A stretch of DNA of 64,000 nt from a virus, in IMG/VR virus record IMGVR_UViG_3300013094_000033, positions 1 to 64,000 of that record; one strand, written 5' to 3'. The notes below the pieces were generated by a model, which worked only from the letters and a program-made list of their open reading frames with translations, did no database searches and was not told where the DNA came from. Position numbers and translations under genes: made by a program. Below are positions 7,610 through 16,980 of the stretch, in pieces (position 1 is the stretch's first letter; each line of letters opens with the position of its first letter).

Positions 7610-9056
7610 TTATTGTATGCCCATCATTAATTAATTGTTTAATTCTTAGCAAAATAATTCGACCAGCAAATAAATTTGCATCATTAACCAGTGGATTTAT
7701 TTTTATTTCAGTTATACCAGTATTTTCCAGGATATTTTGTAGTGCAGATAACAAATTATCTTTGTTTCTTACCATAACATCTTTGGCACGTTTACTTAAA
7801 GGATAGAATTCAATGCATGAAGGTTGTTCTTCAAACATATATTCAGAATAATACAAATCTTCATCTAATGCTGATTGTACTGCATTTTGAATATCAACTG
7901 TAAAGACTTTTTTACCACTTGCAGTAAACCTACGCTCTCTACCTAGGTATTTATACACTCCGTTGGTTAAAGAAACATAGTCAAATGTATTAAAAAATCC
8001 GTCGGCATCAATATCTTTGATATATTTGCTTTGTGATGAAGTTTTAATCCAAAGTTGATCGTCAATGATCTTTACTTGTGTTTCATCATATACCCTACCT
8101 AAGTTTGAATTATAAACATCAAATTGATCATTGTCAATTTCTAATTCAAATACTGGGCCAACTGCTAAGAATGTACCATAACAGCTTACAATTTTATCTG
8201 CCCCAGCGTCGAAGACCACATCCATTAATCTAGGACTAGGAATAGACCCTGCACAAAATATTGTACAGTTTTTAAATGCATTAATAGGTATAGAAAAGTT
8301 TGGATGCCAATCAGTTAATTTTAAATGTACATCATAGAAAAATACTTTAGTGAATATATTTCTACATGCCATAAACAACAAATCATAAAATCCGTTGATT
8401 GTATAAAATTTTACACCAGCAAACAATGGACCAAGCACCACCTGCGACAATAATCCAATGTGTGTGATCCCGTTTACTGCACCAAATCTATCTGAGGTGT
8501 TGTACATAGGCATACATAACAATCCAGCATGCATAAATCTATCCGCAGTATGCATAACTCTACTATCAGGAATACCAGTTACTTCGCCAGTGATTAAATT
8601 TGCTTCAGGATGGATTAAATCAGGACTATACAAGGGCCTGTTGGATTCAAAATCTTTGGTAATGGCTTTTTCGTCAAGTATAAATACCGGCAAATGCCCA
8701 ATTGGGCTACCTTTTATATCACGTGGATCAAACCAACTTGATGAAAAGAATGGATTAATATAATTCATTTCGGAAGTATCTGACCTGCGAATAAATGCCT
8801 CAGGGCCGTCAGCTAAATTTGATGTAGCAATAACGACACCAAGTTCAGCAGCAGCAAAGAAAATAGCAATAGTATCAATTGTTGGGTTGCTTGCAACTAA
8901 TACTGTACGGTACCCATGTTCTTTAATATGGTTTTTCCAATATTGTACTCTATCAAGAATATATTGTTTATCTCGATCAATAAATTCTAAGTCCACAATA
9001 ATTGTATTATCATGGATTAGATCCTGTGTTGTAAAAGGTTTGCTTGTATCAATCAT
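7602..9056 (-). CDS. ANL-superfamily (AMP-binding) protein with degenerate motifs
   Basis: TGEVTGIPDSRVMHT at the A3 position, SCYG, GFFNTFD, YLGR. Confidence 0.7.
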   Translation of the reverse strand: MIDTSKPFTTQDLIHDNTIIVDLEFIDRDKQYILDRVQYWKNHIKEHGYRTVLVASNPTIDTIAIFFAAAELGVVIATSNLADGPEAFIRRSDTSEMNYINPFFSSSWFDPRDIKGSPIGHLPVFILDEKAITKDFESNRPLYSPDLIHPEANLITGEVTGIPDSRVMHTADRFMHAGLLCMPMYNTSDRFGAVNGITHIGLLSQVVLGPLFAGVKFYTINGFYDLLFMACRNIFTKVFFYDVHLKLTDWHPNFSIPINAFKNCTIFCAGSIPSPRLMDVVFDAGADKIVSCYGTFLAVGPVFELEIDNDQFDVYNSNLGRVYDETQVKIIDDQLWIKTSSQSKYIKDIDADGFFNTFDYVSLTNGVYKYLGRERRFTASGKKVFTVDIQNAVQSALDEDLYYSEYMFEEQPSCIEFYPLSKRAKDVMVRNKDNLLSALQNILENTGITEIKINPLVNDANLFAGRIILLRIKQLINDGHTIND

Positions 9057-9298
9057 TGAATTATTTCGCCAGCACTGGTTTCACAGTCTGCGTGATTAAA
9101 AACTTCATTTACTAATTCTTGCGTAGTCCATCCCATAGCATGTAGTACGTGAATAGAATTTACAAACAAACTGAATATTACTGTGCCAGGTTCGTAGTTG
9201 TCTTCTTCACGCTCAAATACATCGTCAAAAATTTCTTCTGCAATTTCTGCACCACGCTGAATCATTTCATCTGTAACTTCTTCTGTAGTGTTAGTCAT
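9053..9298 (-). CDS. Small acidic hypothetical protein
   Basis: ATGA overlaps with both neighbours. Confidence 0.7.
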   Translation of the reverse strand: MTNTTEEVTDEMIQRGAEIAEEIFDDVFEREEDNYEPGTVIFSLFVNSIHVLHAMGWTTQELVNEVFNHADCETSAGEIIQ

Positions 9299-10368
9299 TC
9301 TTCATCAACTCCGTCAACGTCAACAGATACATCAACTGTTGTATGATGTGGGTTTGCAATAAAATCTGCCATTACTTTGTCCAATGAACCGTCATCGTTG
9401 CGTTCCCATGCTTTACGGAACTGCTTAATAACTGTACCATCGCTTAAAGTATATTTCAAACTGTTACCTTCTTTGGCCAACAATCCTTTACCTTCAAATA
9501 AGTCAACTAGTCCGCTATAGGGATTCATGCCAGACTCATAAGGAATCTTAACCTGTACTGATTCAAATGGCTTTGCATAGCGTGTTTTCATGATCTTACA
9601 AGCGGCACGAATACCTTTTACTTCTGAGATCTTGTTACCGTCTTCGTCTTCTTTTAACTTCAACTTACGCATAGCAACTACAATACTACTGGCGTAGATA
9701 AAACCCTGACCTCCGGAAATTTTATCATCGGGGTCAAACATATCTTGGCTTGCGTATGTGTGGTTAGTGGCAACTAAACCAATATTCAAACTACCAAACA
9801 TGTTTACACAATTACGAACCAATGCAGTAAGTGCCTTAGGCTTACGACCCATGTCACCTTTTAAATCACCTGCTTCAAACTGATTAACATCAGTTGGTGT
9901 TAACAACATACCTAAACTGTCAAGAACAATTAAAACCTTGGGACGTTGATCTTCGGGCAAAGTTTTGTATTCTTTAACAAACTCTGTAATCATTTTAGCA
10001 ACGTCGTCGATCATTGCCATGTTAAGTTTAAGCAATTTATCTTCTGACGTATCTACATTTAGTGCATGCAACCATGCTTCATCTAGTGCGTTTTCTGTAT
10101 CAATCAAAATTACATAGATGCCTTGCTTTTGTGCATTTGCAACTAAATTACCACTACAGATAAAACTTTTACCTGCACCAGACTCGCCAGCAAACACCGT
10201 AACCTTGCCCATTGGGATACCTTTGGTGAAGTCACCCGAGATCAGATAATTAAGTGCATAATTGTTTGTGCTTACCCAGTCCGTCGGATCGTTAAATCCA
10301 ACAGAGATCCCGTCAATGCTTTTTGTAATCGATTTTCTAAATTTGCTTACGTCAAATGGTTTGCCCAT
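9295..10368 (-). CDS. uvsX: UvsX / RecA-like recombinase
   Basis: Walker A GESGAGKS, IDTENA, LDSLG, DMGRKPKAL, SGGQGFIYASS. Confidence 0.95.
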   Translation of the reverse strand: MGKPFDVSKFRKSITKSIDGISVGFNDPTDWVSTNNYALNYLISGDFTKGIPMGKVTVFAGESGAGKSFICSGNLVANAQKQGIYVILIDTENALDEAWLHALNVDTSEDKLLKLNMAMIDDVAKMITEFVKEYKTLPEDQRPKVLIVLDSLGMLLTPTDVNQFEAGDLKGDMGRKPKALTALVRNCVNMFGSLNIGLVATNHTYASQDMFDPDDKISGGQGFIYASSIVVAMRKLKLKEDEDGNKISEVKGIRAACKIMKTRYAKPFESVQVKIPYESGMNPYSGLVDLFEGKGLLAKEGNSLKYTLSDGTVIKQFRKAWERNDDGSLDKVMADFIANPHHTTVDVSVDVDGVDEE

Positions 10369-10379
10369 GATAATTTCCT

Positions 10380-11153
10380 TTAAGTGTAAATATTGAATTC
10401 ATCTGTATTTGTAGGTATTGTATGTATCAATTTGATCCGAGTAGGTTTATAGTATCTAATTAACAATGCGTGAACTATTGCTGTTTCGTAGTATGTTAAT
10501 TCGATCGGTTGACTTACTTTGTCTATTATAGATTCAAATACCTCAAAAGAATGTTGTACTGTATTATAGTACTTGCTGTGTTGTTTTGCAACCTGTTTGC
10601 AAAACTCGTTAACCTTTTCTGCAATGGGAGTGAACCCACAATTTTGAATTGTAGTACCAATTGATTTTGGGTCTTCCCAATACCATGTAATATCAATATC
10701 ATATTCGTGGAATACTTGGTCTGTATCCAAGATATTAACTAATGTTAAAGTATTGGCTTCTAATTCGTCAACAGAGTAATCGATTCCTATATCAACGTCA
10801 TTGTGTATTAAATGTAACAATAGACGTCCACGATCATCGCGGGCTACAGTACCTAACTGTTCCACTAGTTCGGTTGTATCAGTTAACCATCTATTGTCTA
10901 TGCACTTGGACCAACGAAGATCCGGCAAAGAGTTATCCAGCATTACCACTTTTACATGAGTAGTTGGGTCAATTGGTATACCAGTCTTACTTAAATTATA
11001 ATCTTGATAAAAAGGGCGCACTCGTTGATGATCAAACATATGATGCAACAGATGTCCAGTTATATTTGGATATCCATCTAACCCACCTTCCACTGTGCAA
11101 TAGTCTAGTAATGCAGATAGTGTGTGTATTTCGAAATCAACTAAATTAATCAT
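10380..11153 (-). CDS. Hypothetical protein
   Basis: 257-aa ORF coupled to 11150-12457. No motif recognised. Confidence 0.7.
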   Translation of the reverse strand: MINLVDFEIHTLSALLDYCTVEGGLDGYPNITGHLLHHMFDHQRVRPFYQDYNLSKTGIPIDPTTHVKVVMLDNSLPDLRWSKCIDNRWLTDTTELVEQLGTVARDDRGRLLLHLIHNDVDIGIDYSVDELEANTLTLVNILDTDQVFHEYDIDITWYWEDPKSIGTTIQNCGFTPIAEKVNEFCKQVAKQHSKYYNTVQHSFEVFESIIDKVSQPIELTYYETAIVHALLIRYYKPTRIKLIHTIPTNTDEFNIYT

Positions 11154-12457
11154 ACATTATATATTTTTGATCTATCCCAGTATTTGTATACTATGTTGCT
11201 TACGCCTGCAAAATTAAGTAGCTCCCCACGAAGAGCAGCGCAATTTGCGATAGTATCGTACGCCGCTTTTCTAAAACTGTAGACATATAATGTATCGTCA
11301 ACGTAATTGAGTACAAAATCATTTAACGTTACATCACTATTGATTATTCCAATCATGAATTGTTGCACATCTGCAATGTATTGATTATTAATCAGCTGAT
11401 TACCTTTGAAAAATACTCGGTTGTTATACTCAGCAACATAATTGCTAGTATCCCGACCATTGGCCCACAGTTTATTATTTTCAATTGTGTAATCTATTAG
11501 ACTATCACCTAGTTCATTTGAAAAATAGCTGTCATCTGTTTTACGAATTGTTTTACTGAAAATTGGTGTCAGTGATGTATCTGGAATATATAAGGCTGTT
11601 ATAGCATCCACACCTCTACTAAACAACCAATCACATACTTTGGCCGACGGTGCGGCTTTTTGTGGTCCAGATCGTGCAGTAATTATCCGAGCACCATCAA
11701 AATCAAATTTAAAAGACTCTGACCCAAACGGACTGCTTTTGTTCATGCTATCTTCAAGTAACTTAAATGCTTGTAAATGCGTCGGAGATATTACTATATA
11801 GTCTAGTCCTTGTGTTCGCAGTAGACTTGCTAGTTCAATCATATGCGAGCAAGAATATATTGTTGACTGCTCAATCATAAGAGGTGTAAGCAACATTGGC
11901 AAAGTTTCATGATGCATTGTATACTGTATTGTTGCAATATTTCCGCCGCTAAAAATTGATTTTAATAACGGCTTAGACGCTAGAATAAATTCTTCAACGG
12001 TATACTCTACTAAATTAGAAAATACGCGATTAGAATCCGCTACGTTTTTAATTAATATTGAATTTAATTTAAACTCTGTGGCTGTGTATACAGGATCTTT
12101 ATGATAATGATTGGCATTTAAAAATTTAGGTCTATCGGTTGATATTTCAGTTTTACCAAATCCAACAATAGTTAAATCTACTGTATTAGCCAATTCATCA
12201 ATCATGTCATTTGAATAAGTGCCTGTATAAATGGTAATGCCATTTTCCATGCATGCAAGTATTATAGCGATACAGTCCAAGCATTGGTAAAAGTGCATAG
12301 AAATAGTTGTAATTGATCGTTCGGCAAAATAATCTTTCCAATATTGAACTCTATTTAAAATATCTTTTTTTTCGTAAAAAGGAAATACCGAAGTTGAATC
12401 AACTATACAACCGCCGTATATTAAATCTTTGCTCGAAGCACCACTACGTATCGTCAT
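11150..12457 (-). CDS. Highly diverged third ANL-fold paralogue
   Basis: Shares ILNRVQYWK, CIAIILAC.E.GI, LWA..RDT and ADVQ segments with the two ANL ORFs. Confidence 0.5.
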   Translation of the reverse strand: MTIRSGASSKDLIYGGCIVDSTSVFPFYEKKDILNRVQYWKDYFAERSITTISMHFYQCLDCIAIILACMENGITIYTGTYSNDMIDELANTVDLTIVGFGKTEISTDRPKFLNANHYHKDPVYTATEFKLNSILIKNVADSNRVFSNLVEYTVEEFILASKPLLKSIFSGGNIATIQYTMHHETLPMLLTPLMIEQSTIYSCSHMIELASLLRTQGLDYIVISPTHLQAFKLLEDSMNKSSPFGSESFKFDFDGARIITARSGPQKAAPSAKVCDWLFSRGVDAITALYIPDTSLTPIFSKTIRKTDDSYFSNELGDSLIDYTIENNKLWANGRDTSNYVAEYNNRVFFKGNQLINNQYIADVQQFMIGIINSDVTLNDFVLNYVDDTLYVYSFRKAAYDTIANCAALRGELLNFAGVSNIVYKYWDRSKIYNV

Positions 12458-13629
12458 TTTAGTTTATAAAGTTCTCTAAAAATCTTACTACTATCTATGC
12501 TGCGGCGTTGATCTAGTTCTGCCAATTGAGCAAAGGATCCAGACAAATCTTTCGCCCACGGCTGTTCTAAATATTCCAATATGTTTCTGTAACTGTTTTC
12601 TAATAGAAATCCTGGCTTATTAGCAATACGTTGAGTAAATTCTTGTTTAACTTCATCTAATACAGTATCGGGCAAGTTTCGTACGTTTAAAAACTCAGGG
12701 GTAATAATACCGCCAATGATAAAACTATTATTGTGAAATCCCTGTTGTTGAAAATACTCAACGCAATCAAATAGACTCTGATAGTTTAACAAGAAATATA
12801 ACATGTTAAACGATATTTTATGATCCAACTGTTTAATTGTATTTAAGTTATCTAAAAAGTCAGTCCAAGATCCACCATAACGTATATATTCGTATTCCGC
12901 TTCAATGGTTTCTACACTTACAGTCCAATGTACATTTTTAAATTCACATACTAAATCAAATACTCGTGTGTCTGTTTTACTTAGGTTACTGTTAATGCGT
13001 AGATTAACTCCAGGATTTGTTTTAAGTAATCGTTCTAGTAATTCTACATTTTCTTTCATTAGCAGGGGCTCGCCACCGGCTAGATATACATGATTCAATT
13101 GACTGGTATGATCAAAAATATAGTTTTTAAATTCTTCACGCTGTTGATTAGTGGGCATTTCCTGTTGGATGTTTAATTCCGCAGCCCATTTACTGCTGAA
13201 TCTAGGAAAGCAATACACACAAGCAAAGTTACAAAGGTTAGTCCAACGTATATCTGTTTTACGTAGCCCAAATGTTGCAGGACTATCGTATAAACTTTTA
13301 TCAACGTGTTTCATTTCTTTAAGATAAAACACACGGTCACTGATAATATCAAAACTACGTTCGTTCTTTTCTAATGTGTAACAAGTATCACAAGTGGCAC
13401 AAGGTTCGCCTGCACGCATTTGTGTACGGTTCATTATATTAACAGGACTATTTACAATTTCTTCAATTGAATTGTCTTTTATATTTCCTATTTCGCCTGT
13501 ACTGCGTATGCAATTCTTTACTGCACCATCGTAGTTGTACATTAACCCAGTCCAGGGAATAGGGCAAAAACTTTTATTAGTTAAGTATTCCTTACTCTCC
13601 ATAATAAACACGTGGATAATCCTGTGCAA
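12454..13629 (-). CDS. Radical SAM protein (likely start 13602)
   Basis: CNFACVYC, AGGEP, and N-terminal FCPIPW/C/CDTC. Confidence 0.9.
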   Translation of the reverse strand: MHRIIHVFIMESKEYLTNKSFCPIPWTGLMYNYDGAVKNCIRSTGEIGNIKDNSIEEIVNSPVNIMNRTQMRAGEPCATCDTCYTLEKNERSFDIISDRVFYLKEMKHVDKSLYDSPATFGLRKTDIRWTNLCNFACVYCFPRFSSKWAAELNIQQEMPTNQQREEFKNYIFDHTSQLNHVYLAGGEPLLMKENVELLERLLKTNPGVNLRINSNLSKTDTRVFDLVCEFKNVHWTVSVETIEAEYEYIRYGGSWTDFLDNLNTIKQLDHKISFNMLYFLLNYQSLFDCVEYFQQQGFHNNSFIIGGIITPEFLNVRNLPDTVLDEVKQEFTQRIANKPGFLLENSYRNILEYLEQPWAKDLSGSFAQLAELDQRRSIDSSKIFRELYKLK

Positions 13630-14590
13630 TATCTATACCACGTAATCTATCCTGCATTGATATATATTGTTCTAACTCCATGATATTACTTTTGTCCACA
13701 GCAACAAATTGTGATATAATGTGGTCGCCTAATTTGTCTATTGCTCGTTGTGTAAGTCCATTAACATTCTTAATGCTGAGTACTTCGGGACTATGCAACA
13801 AAGCATAAGAATGTTTGAAATTATGTTCTTTAACAAACGATTCTATTTCTAGTAGATTGCAAATATTCAACACGCTCACTGTAGTCCATAAATTTAATTC
13901 ATGTAGATTCATCTCTTTGTAGGTCATAAGATTTGAATAAAACTTATCCCATTTAATGGGCCATCTGAGATAATCATGATAATCTCTTACACCATCGAAG
14001 CTAACAGTCACTGTTACTTTAACGCCACGTGCCACTAATTGTTCAAGTTCAGGAATCACTAAACTACAGTTTGTGTTAATGCGAATTGATTGCACGTTAG
14101 GTGGAAGGTTTGCTAATACGTTGCGATAGTTTTTACTGGCACTGGGTTCTCCGCCATTGATATCCAGATGCGTAATGCGATCTAGAGGCAAAGACCAAAA
14201 CTTATTTGAATTATCAACTATTGTATATTCTTTATCATACAAACTACCAATCTTGGTACTACAGTTCGGATTACATGTTTGGCATGCACTATTGCATACG
14301 TTATCTAATACTCCTCCTACTATAAGATAGTCTGATTTTGTTTGTAGTTCTTGATACCGAATATCATTCATTCGTATACTAGATTGATTCATACGTTCTG
14401 TTTCTGCACAACGAATACATTCTGCAGGGAACTCATCTATATCAAACTTATCTTTAATGCTTTGTTGCCATTGGCTAGCATTCATTTCTTCAAGAGAATC
14501 AAATCGCGGTGGATTAACCATGTGACCACAACGACTAACTTTTCCGTCTGGATTTAATCTTACAAAATGATTTATTCTAGGACATTGCAT
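13592..14590 (-). CDS. Radical SAM protein
   Basis: CNSACQTC, NGGEP, and N-terminal CP/C/CIRC. Confidence 0.9.
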   Translation of the reverse strand: MQCPRINHFVRLNPDGKVSRCGHMVNPPRFDSLEEMNASQWQQSIKDKFDIDEFPAECIRCAETERMNQSSIRMNDIRYQELQTKSDYLIVGGVLDNVCNSACQTCNPNCSTKIGSLYDKEYTIVDNSNKFWSLPLDRITHLDINGGEPSASKNYRNVLANLPPNVQSIRINTNCSLVIPELEQLVARGVKVTVTVSFDGVRDYHDYLRWPIKWDKFYSNLMTYKEMNLHELNLWTTVSVLNICNLLEIESFVKEHNFKHSYALLHSPEVLSIKNVNGLTQRAIDKLGDHIISQFVAVDKSNIMELEQYISMQDRLRGIDIAQDYPRVYYGE

Positions 14591-15189
14591 AAGTTTATTG
14601 ATCTTTGTATAACTTCTCGGTGTACTTCAGGGAATTCTTGTTTTATAGTGTCTACTATGTCAGTGAATTCAACTGTTTTTCCTAATAGATTATTTACTAA
14701 AACTTTATCTACATCTAAGTAAAAAAGTACTTTATCATTGTTTTCAAAATATTCAACTAACTCATCGTCGACTATAGATTTATTTCTTGCTTCGTTAGTA
14801 ATGGTTTCTACATAATGCAATGGCTTAATAGATAAAGCAGCATGCGAATATCTACGTAAATTAACTAACCAATAAAATTGTGGAGCAAAATGTCTATTTA
14901 AAAATAAATGATTTTCAATATAGTATAATGCTGTTTTTCGATCTAATTCCGGATCAAGTTTATCCAGGTATGTCTGAACGCCCGAGATAAATCTTTCAAA
15001 TGGATTGCGTACTAGTACTTCAATGGTTTTAATTTCTATTAGATTATCTTGATCGACAATCGAAAAGCCAGAGTTCATTAAAGAACTACTGGCATTTTTG
15101 AAAATAGGATAGATATACTTTTGCGATGGTACTATTTCTAATACCTCGCAACGATCTGGAAATATAATGTTATCAAGTTGCGATAACAT
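14572..15189 (-). CDS. Sulfotransferase family 2-like protein
   Basis: IFKNASSSL (5'-PSB-like), VRNPFERFISG (3'-PB-like), HFAPQ. Confidence 0.7.
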   Translation of the reverse strand: MLSQLDNIIFPDRCEVLEIVPSQKYIYPIFKNASSSLMNSGFSIVDQDNLIEIKTIEVLVRNPFERFISGVQTYLDKLDPELDRKTALYYIENHLFLNRHFAPQFYWLVNLRRYSHAALSIKPLHYVETITNEARNKSIVDDELVEYFENNDKVLFYLDVDKVLVNNLLGKTVEFTDIVDTIKQEFPEVHREVIQRSINLCNVLE

Positions 15190-15840
15190 TTAGTTAAACT
15201 CACATTTGTTATACCAATTTCTTGATTGAACTAATTTTAGATATGGTGCGTAATTAACATCAAGTTTAACACGCTCAACAATGTCAGATATTGTTACCGT
15301 CTCATTCATACAATTATTATATATTACCCTGTCAGGAGTAAAAGCTAATATTAAACCCTGAAGAAGTTGATGAGATACTGAATAATTTTCTGCTCTGGTA
15401 ACTTGATTTAAATGAACATTAGTTATTTTTGTTAATTCGTCCATGGGAATTATTTTAAATTTTATTCCAGGACAGTACATATCCATTTTTAATAAAGTCC
15501 AAAATTGGGGAGAAGAATGTGCGTCTAAAAATGGTATATCAAAACTTTTGGTCAGATAAATAACAAAGTCTGGTACACTTAACGCTAGTACATCTCGATA
15601 TGTGTTGCAAGCACTAAAAAATCTGTCAATTGGATCCCGTATTATAACTGTACACTGATTTATGTTAAATCGATCAATGAAATTTTTTAGACTAGTACCT
15701 TTGTAATGTCTGTACCGGTTGGGGTCAGTGTTATATAGGTTCACTAGACTACGTGTACCGTTTTTAGGTATTAGTGTGTAGCATACACCACCTTGCGGAT
15801 CGTATAGCAATTCTACATAATTTGATAAAATATTAAACAT
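15190..15840 (-). CDS. Sulfotransferase family 2-like protein (paralogue)
   Basis: IPKNGTRSL, IRDPIDRFFSA, HSSPQ. Confidence 0.7.
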   Translation of the reverse strand: MFNILSNYVELLYDPQGGVCYTLIPKNGTRSLVNLYNTDPNRYRHYKGTSLKNFIDRFNINQCTVIIRDPIDRFFSACNTYRDVLALSVPDFVIYLTKSFDIPFLDAHSSPQFWTLLKMDMYCPGIKFKIIPMDELTKITNVHLNQVTRAENYSVSHQLLQGLILAFTPDRVIYNNCMNETVTISDIVERVKLDVNYAPYLKLVQSRNWYNKCEFN

Positions 15841-15846
15841 AATTAA

Positions 15847-15868
15847 TTACAGGGGTTCCCCCCTGTAA
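15847..15868 (-). terminator. Hairpin after the SSB gene
   Basis: TTACAGGGG-GGAA-CCCCTGTAA on the minus strand; the U-tract is weak. Confidence 0.55.
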
Positions 15869-15875
15869 ATTTATA

Positions 15876-16871
15876 TTATTGCTTGCGATTTCTAATCATT
15901 GCTAAAATGTCTTCAGCACGTTGGCTAGAAGGTTTAGCGGCAGGTGTTGCAATTGGTGCAGTTGGTGCTGGAGCATCATCTTCGTCAAATGGTGCATCAT
16001 CAACTGCCGCTACAGGAGCAGGAGCAGATTGTGCTACTGGTGCAGGTGCTGTATCTGCTGGAGCAGAATTACCACCTTGGAAACCAGCTGGTTTGAAATA
16101 TGAACTCCAACGATCTGGGTCATATGGTTGACCGTCTACTGACGCTTCAAACATTTCTTTCATAACTCTAAGCTCAACATCTGTTGGTTTCTTTGGCAAG
16201 AAATCACTTAAGTTATACAATCCGAATTGTTCAACTGCGGCTGCTTCATCAGCAGTTAGTGCAGTTTCTTTACGTGCCCATGTGCTGGTATTGTAATCAG
16301 CATATCCACCTTTTGAAGTTTTCTTGATGTTAAAGTCAAGACCACCTTCATAGTCAGTTGGTAGATTTTCCATTTCTGGATCGATCAATGCATTTTTAAC
16401 CAAGTTAAAAATTTGTGGACTAATAACAAATCTGCGAATTGGATTTGCTGGTGTTTTGTCATCACTCAATGGATTGTCACGTACAAAACCTTGGAACAAA
16501 TAACTACGCTTTTTCCAATATTTACGGCCCATTTCTTCTAAATTGGGATCCTTAAACCATGTACGTACTTCTGCCAAGATTGGGCAAGCACTCCCGTCAT
16601 TATACATTTCCACGCAAGGAACTTGTACCATAACTGGTTTGCTGTCTGCTTGTCCTTTAATACCAGCAAATGGTAATTTAATCATTGCACGTTCAACCCA
16701 AAAGAAATCATTCTTTGTGTTACCGTCTGGTAAAAATCTTACTCTTGCTGTGGTGTTTTCTGGAATGTTCCAGTGTGCGTAAATGGCGTTATCGCCTTGT
16801 GACTGATTACCGCTCCCACGGGTCTCATTTGCTTGTAGTTTTGCGCGAATTTCTGCTAATGTCATTGCCAT
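15876..16871 (-). CDS. gp32-like single-stranded DNA-binding protein
   Basis: VRFLPDG, CPILAEV, YWKKRSY, KTSKGGYADY and a flexible acidic/Ala-Pro tail. Confidence 0.9.
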   Translation of the reverse strand: MAMTLAEIRAKLQANETRGSGNQSQGDNAIYAHWNIPENTTARVRFLPDGNTKNDFFWVERAMIKLPFAGIKGQADSKPVMVQVPCVEMYNDGSACPILAEVRTWFKDPNLEEMGRKYWKKRSYLFQGFVRDNPLSDDKTPANPIRRFVISPQIFNLVKNALIDPEMENLPTDYEGGLDFNIKKTSKGGYADYNTSTWARKETALTADEAAAVEQFGLYNLSDFLPKKPTDVELRVMKEMFEASVDGQPYDPDRWSSYFKPAGFQGGNSAPADTAPAPVAQSAPAPVAAVDDAPFDEDDAPAPTAPIATPAAKPSSQRAEDILAMIRNRKQ

Positions 16872-16980
16872 GATATGTTTCCTTTATAAATTAAGATGGT
16901 CTTTAAAAATGTGCCTAAATGTATACAGCACTCCCGCAGTATACAATAATATTTATCTAGTTGCTAGACTTTTGGTAGAT

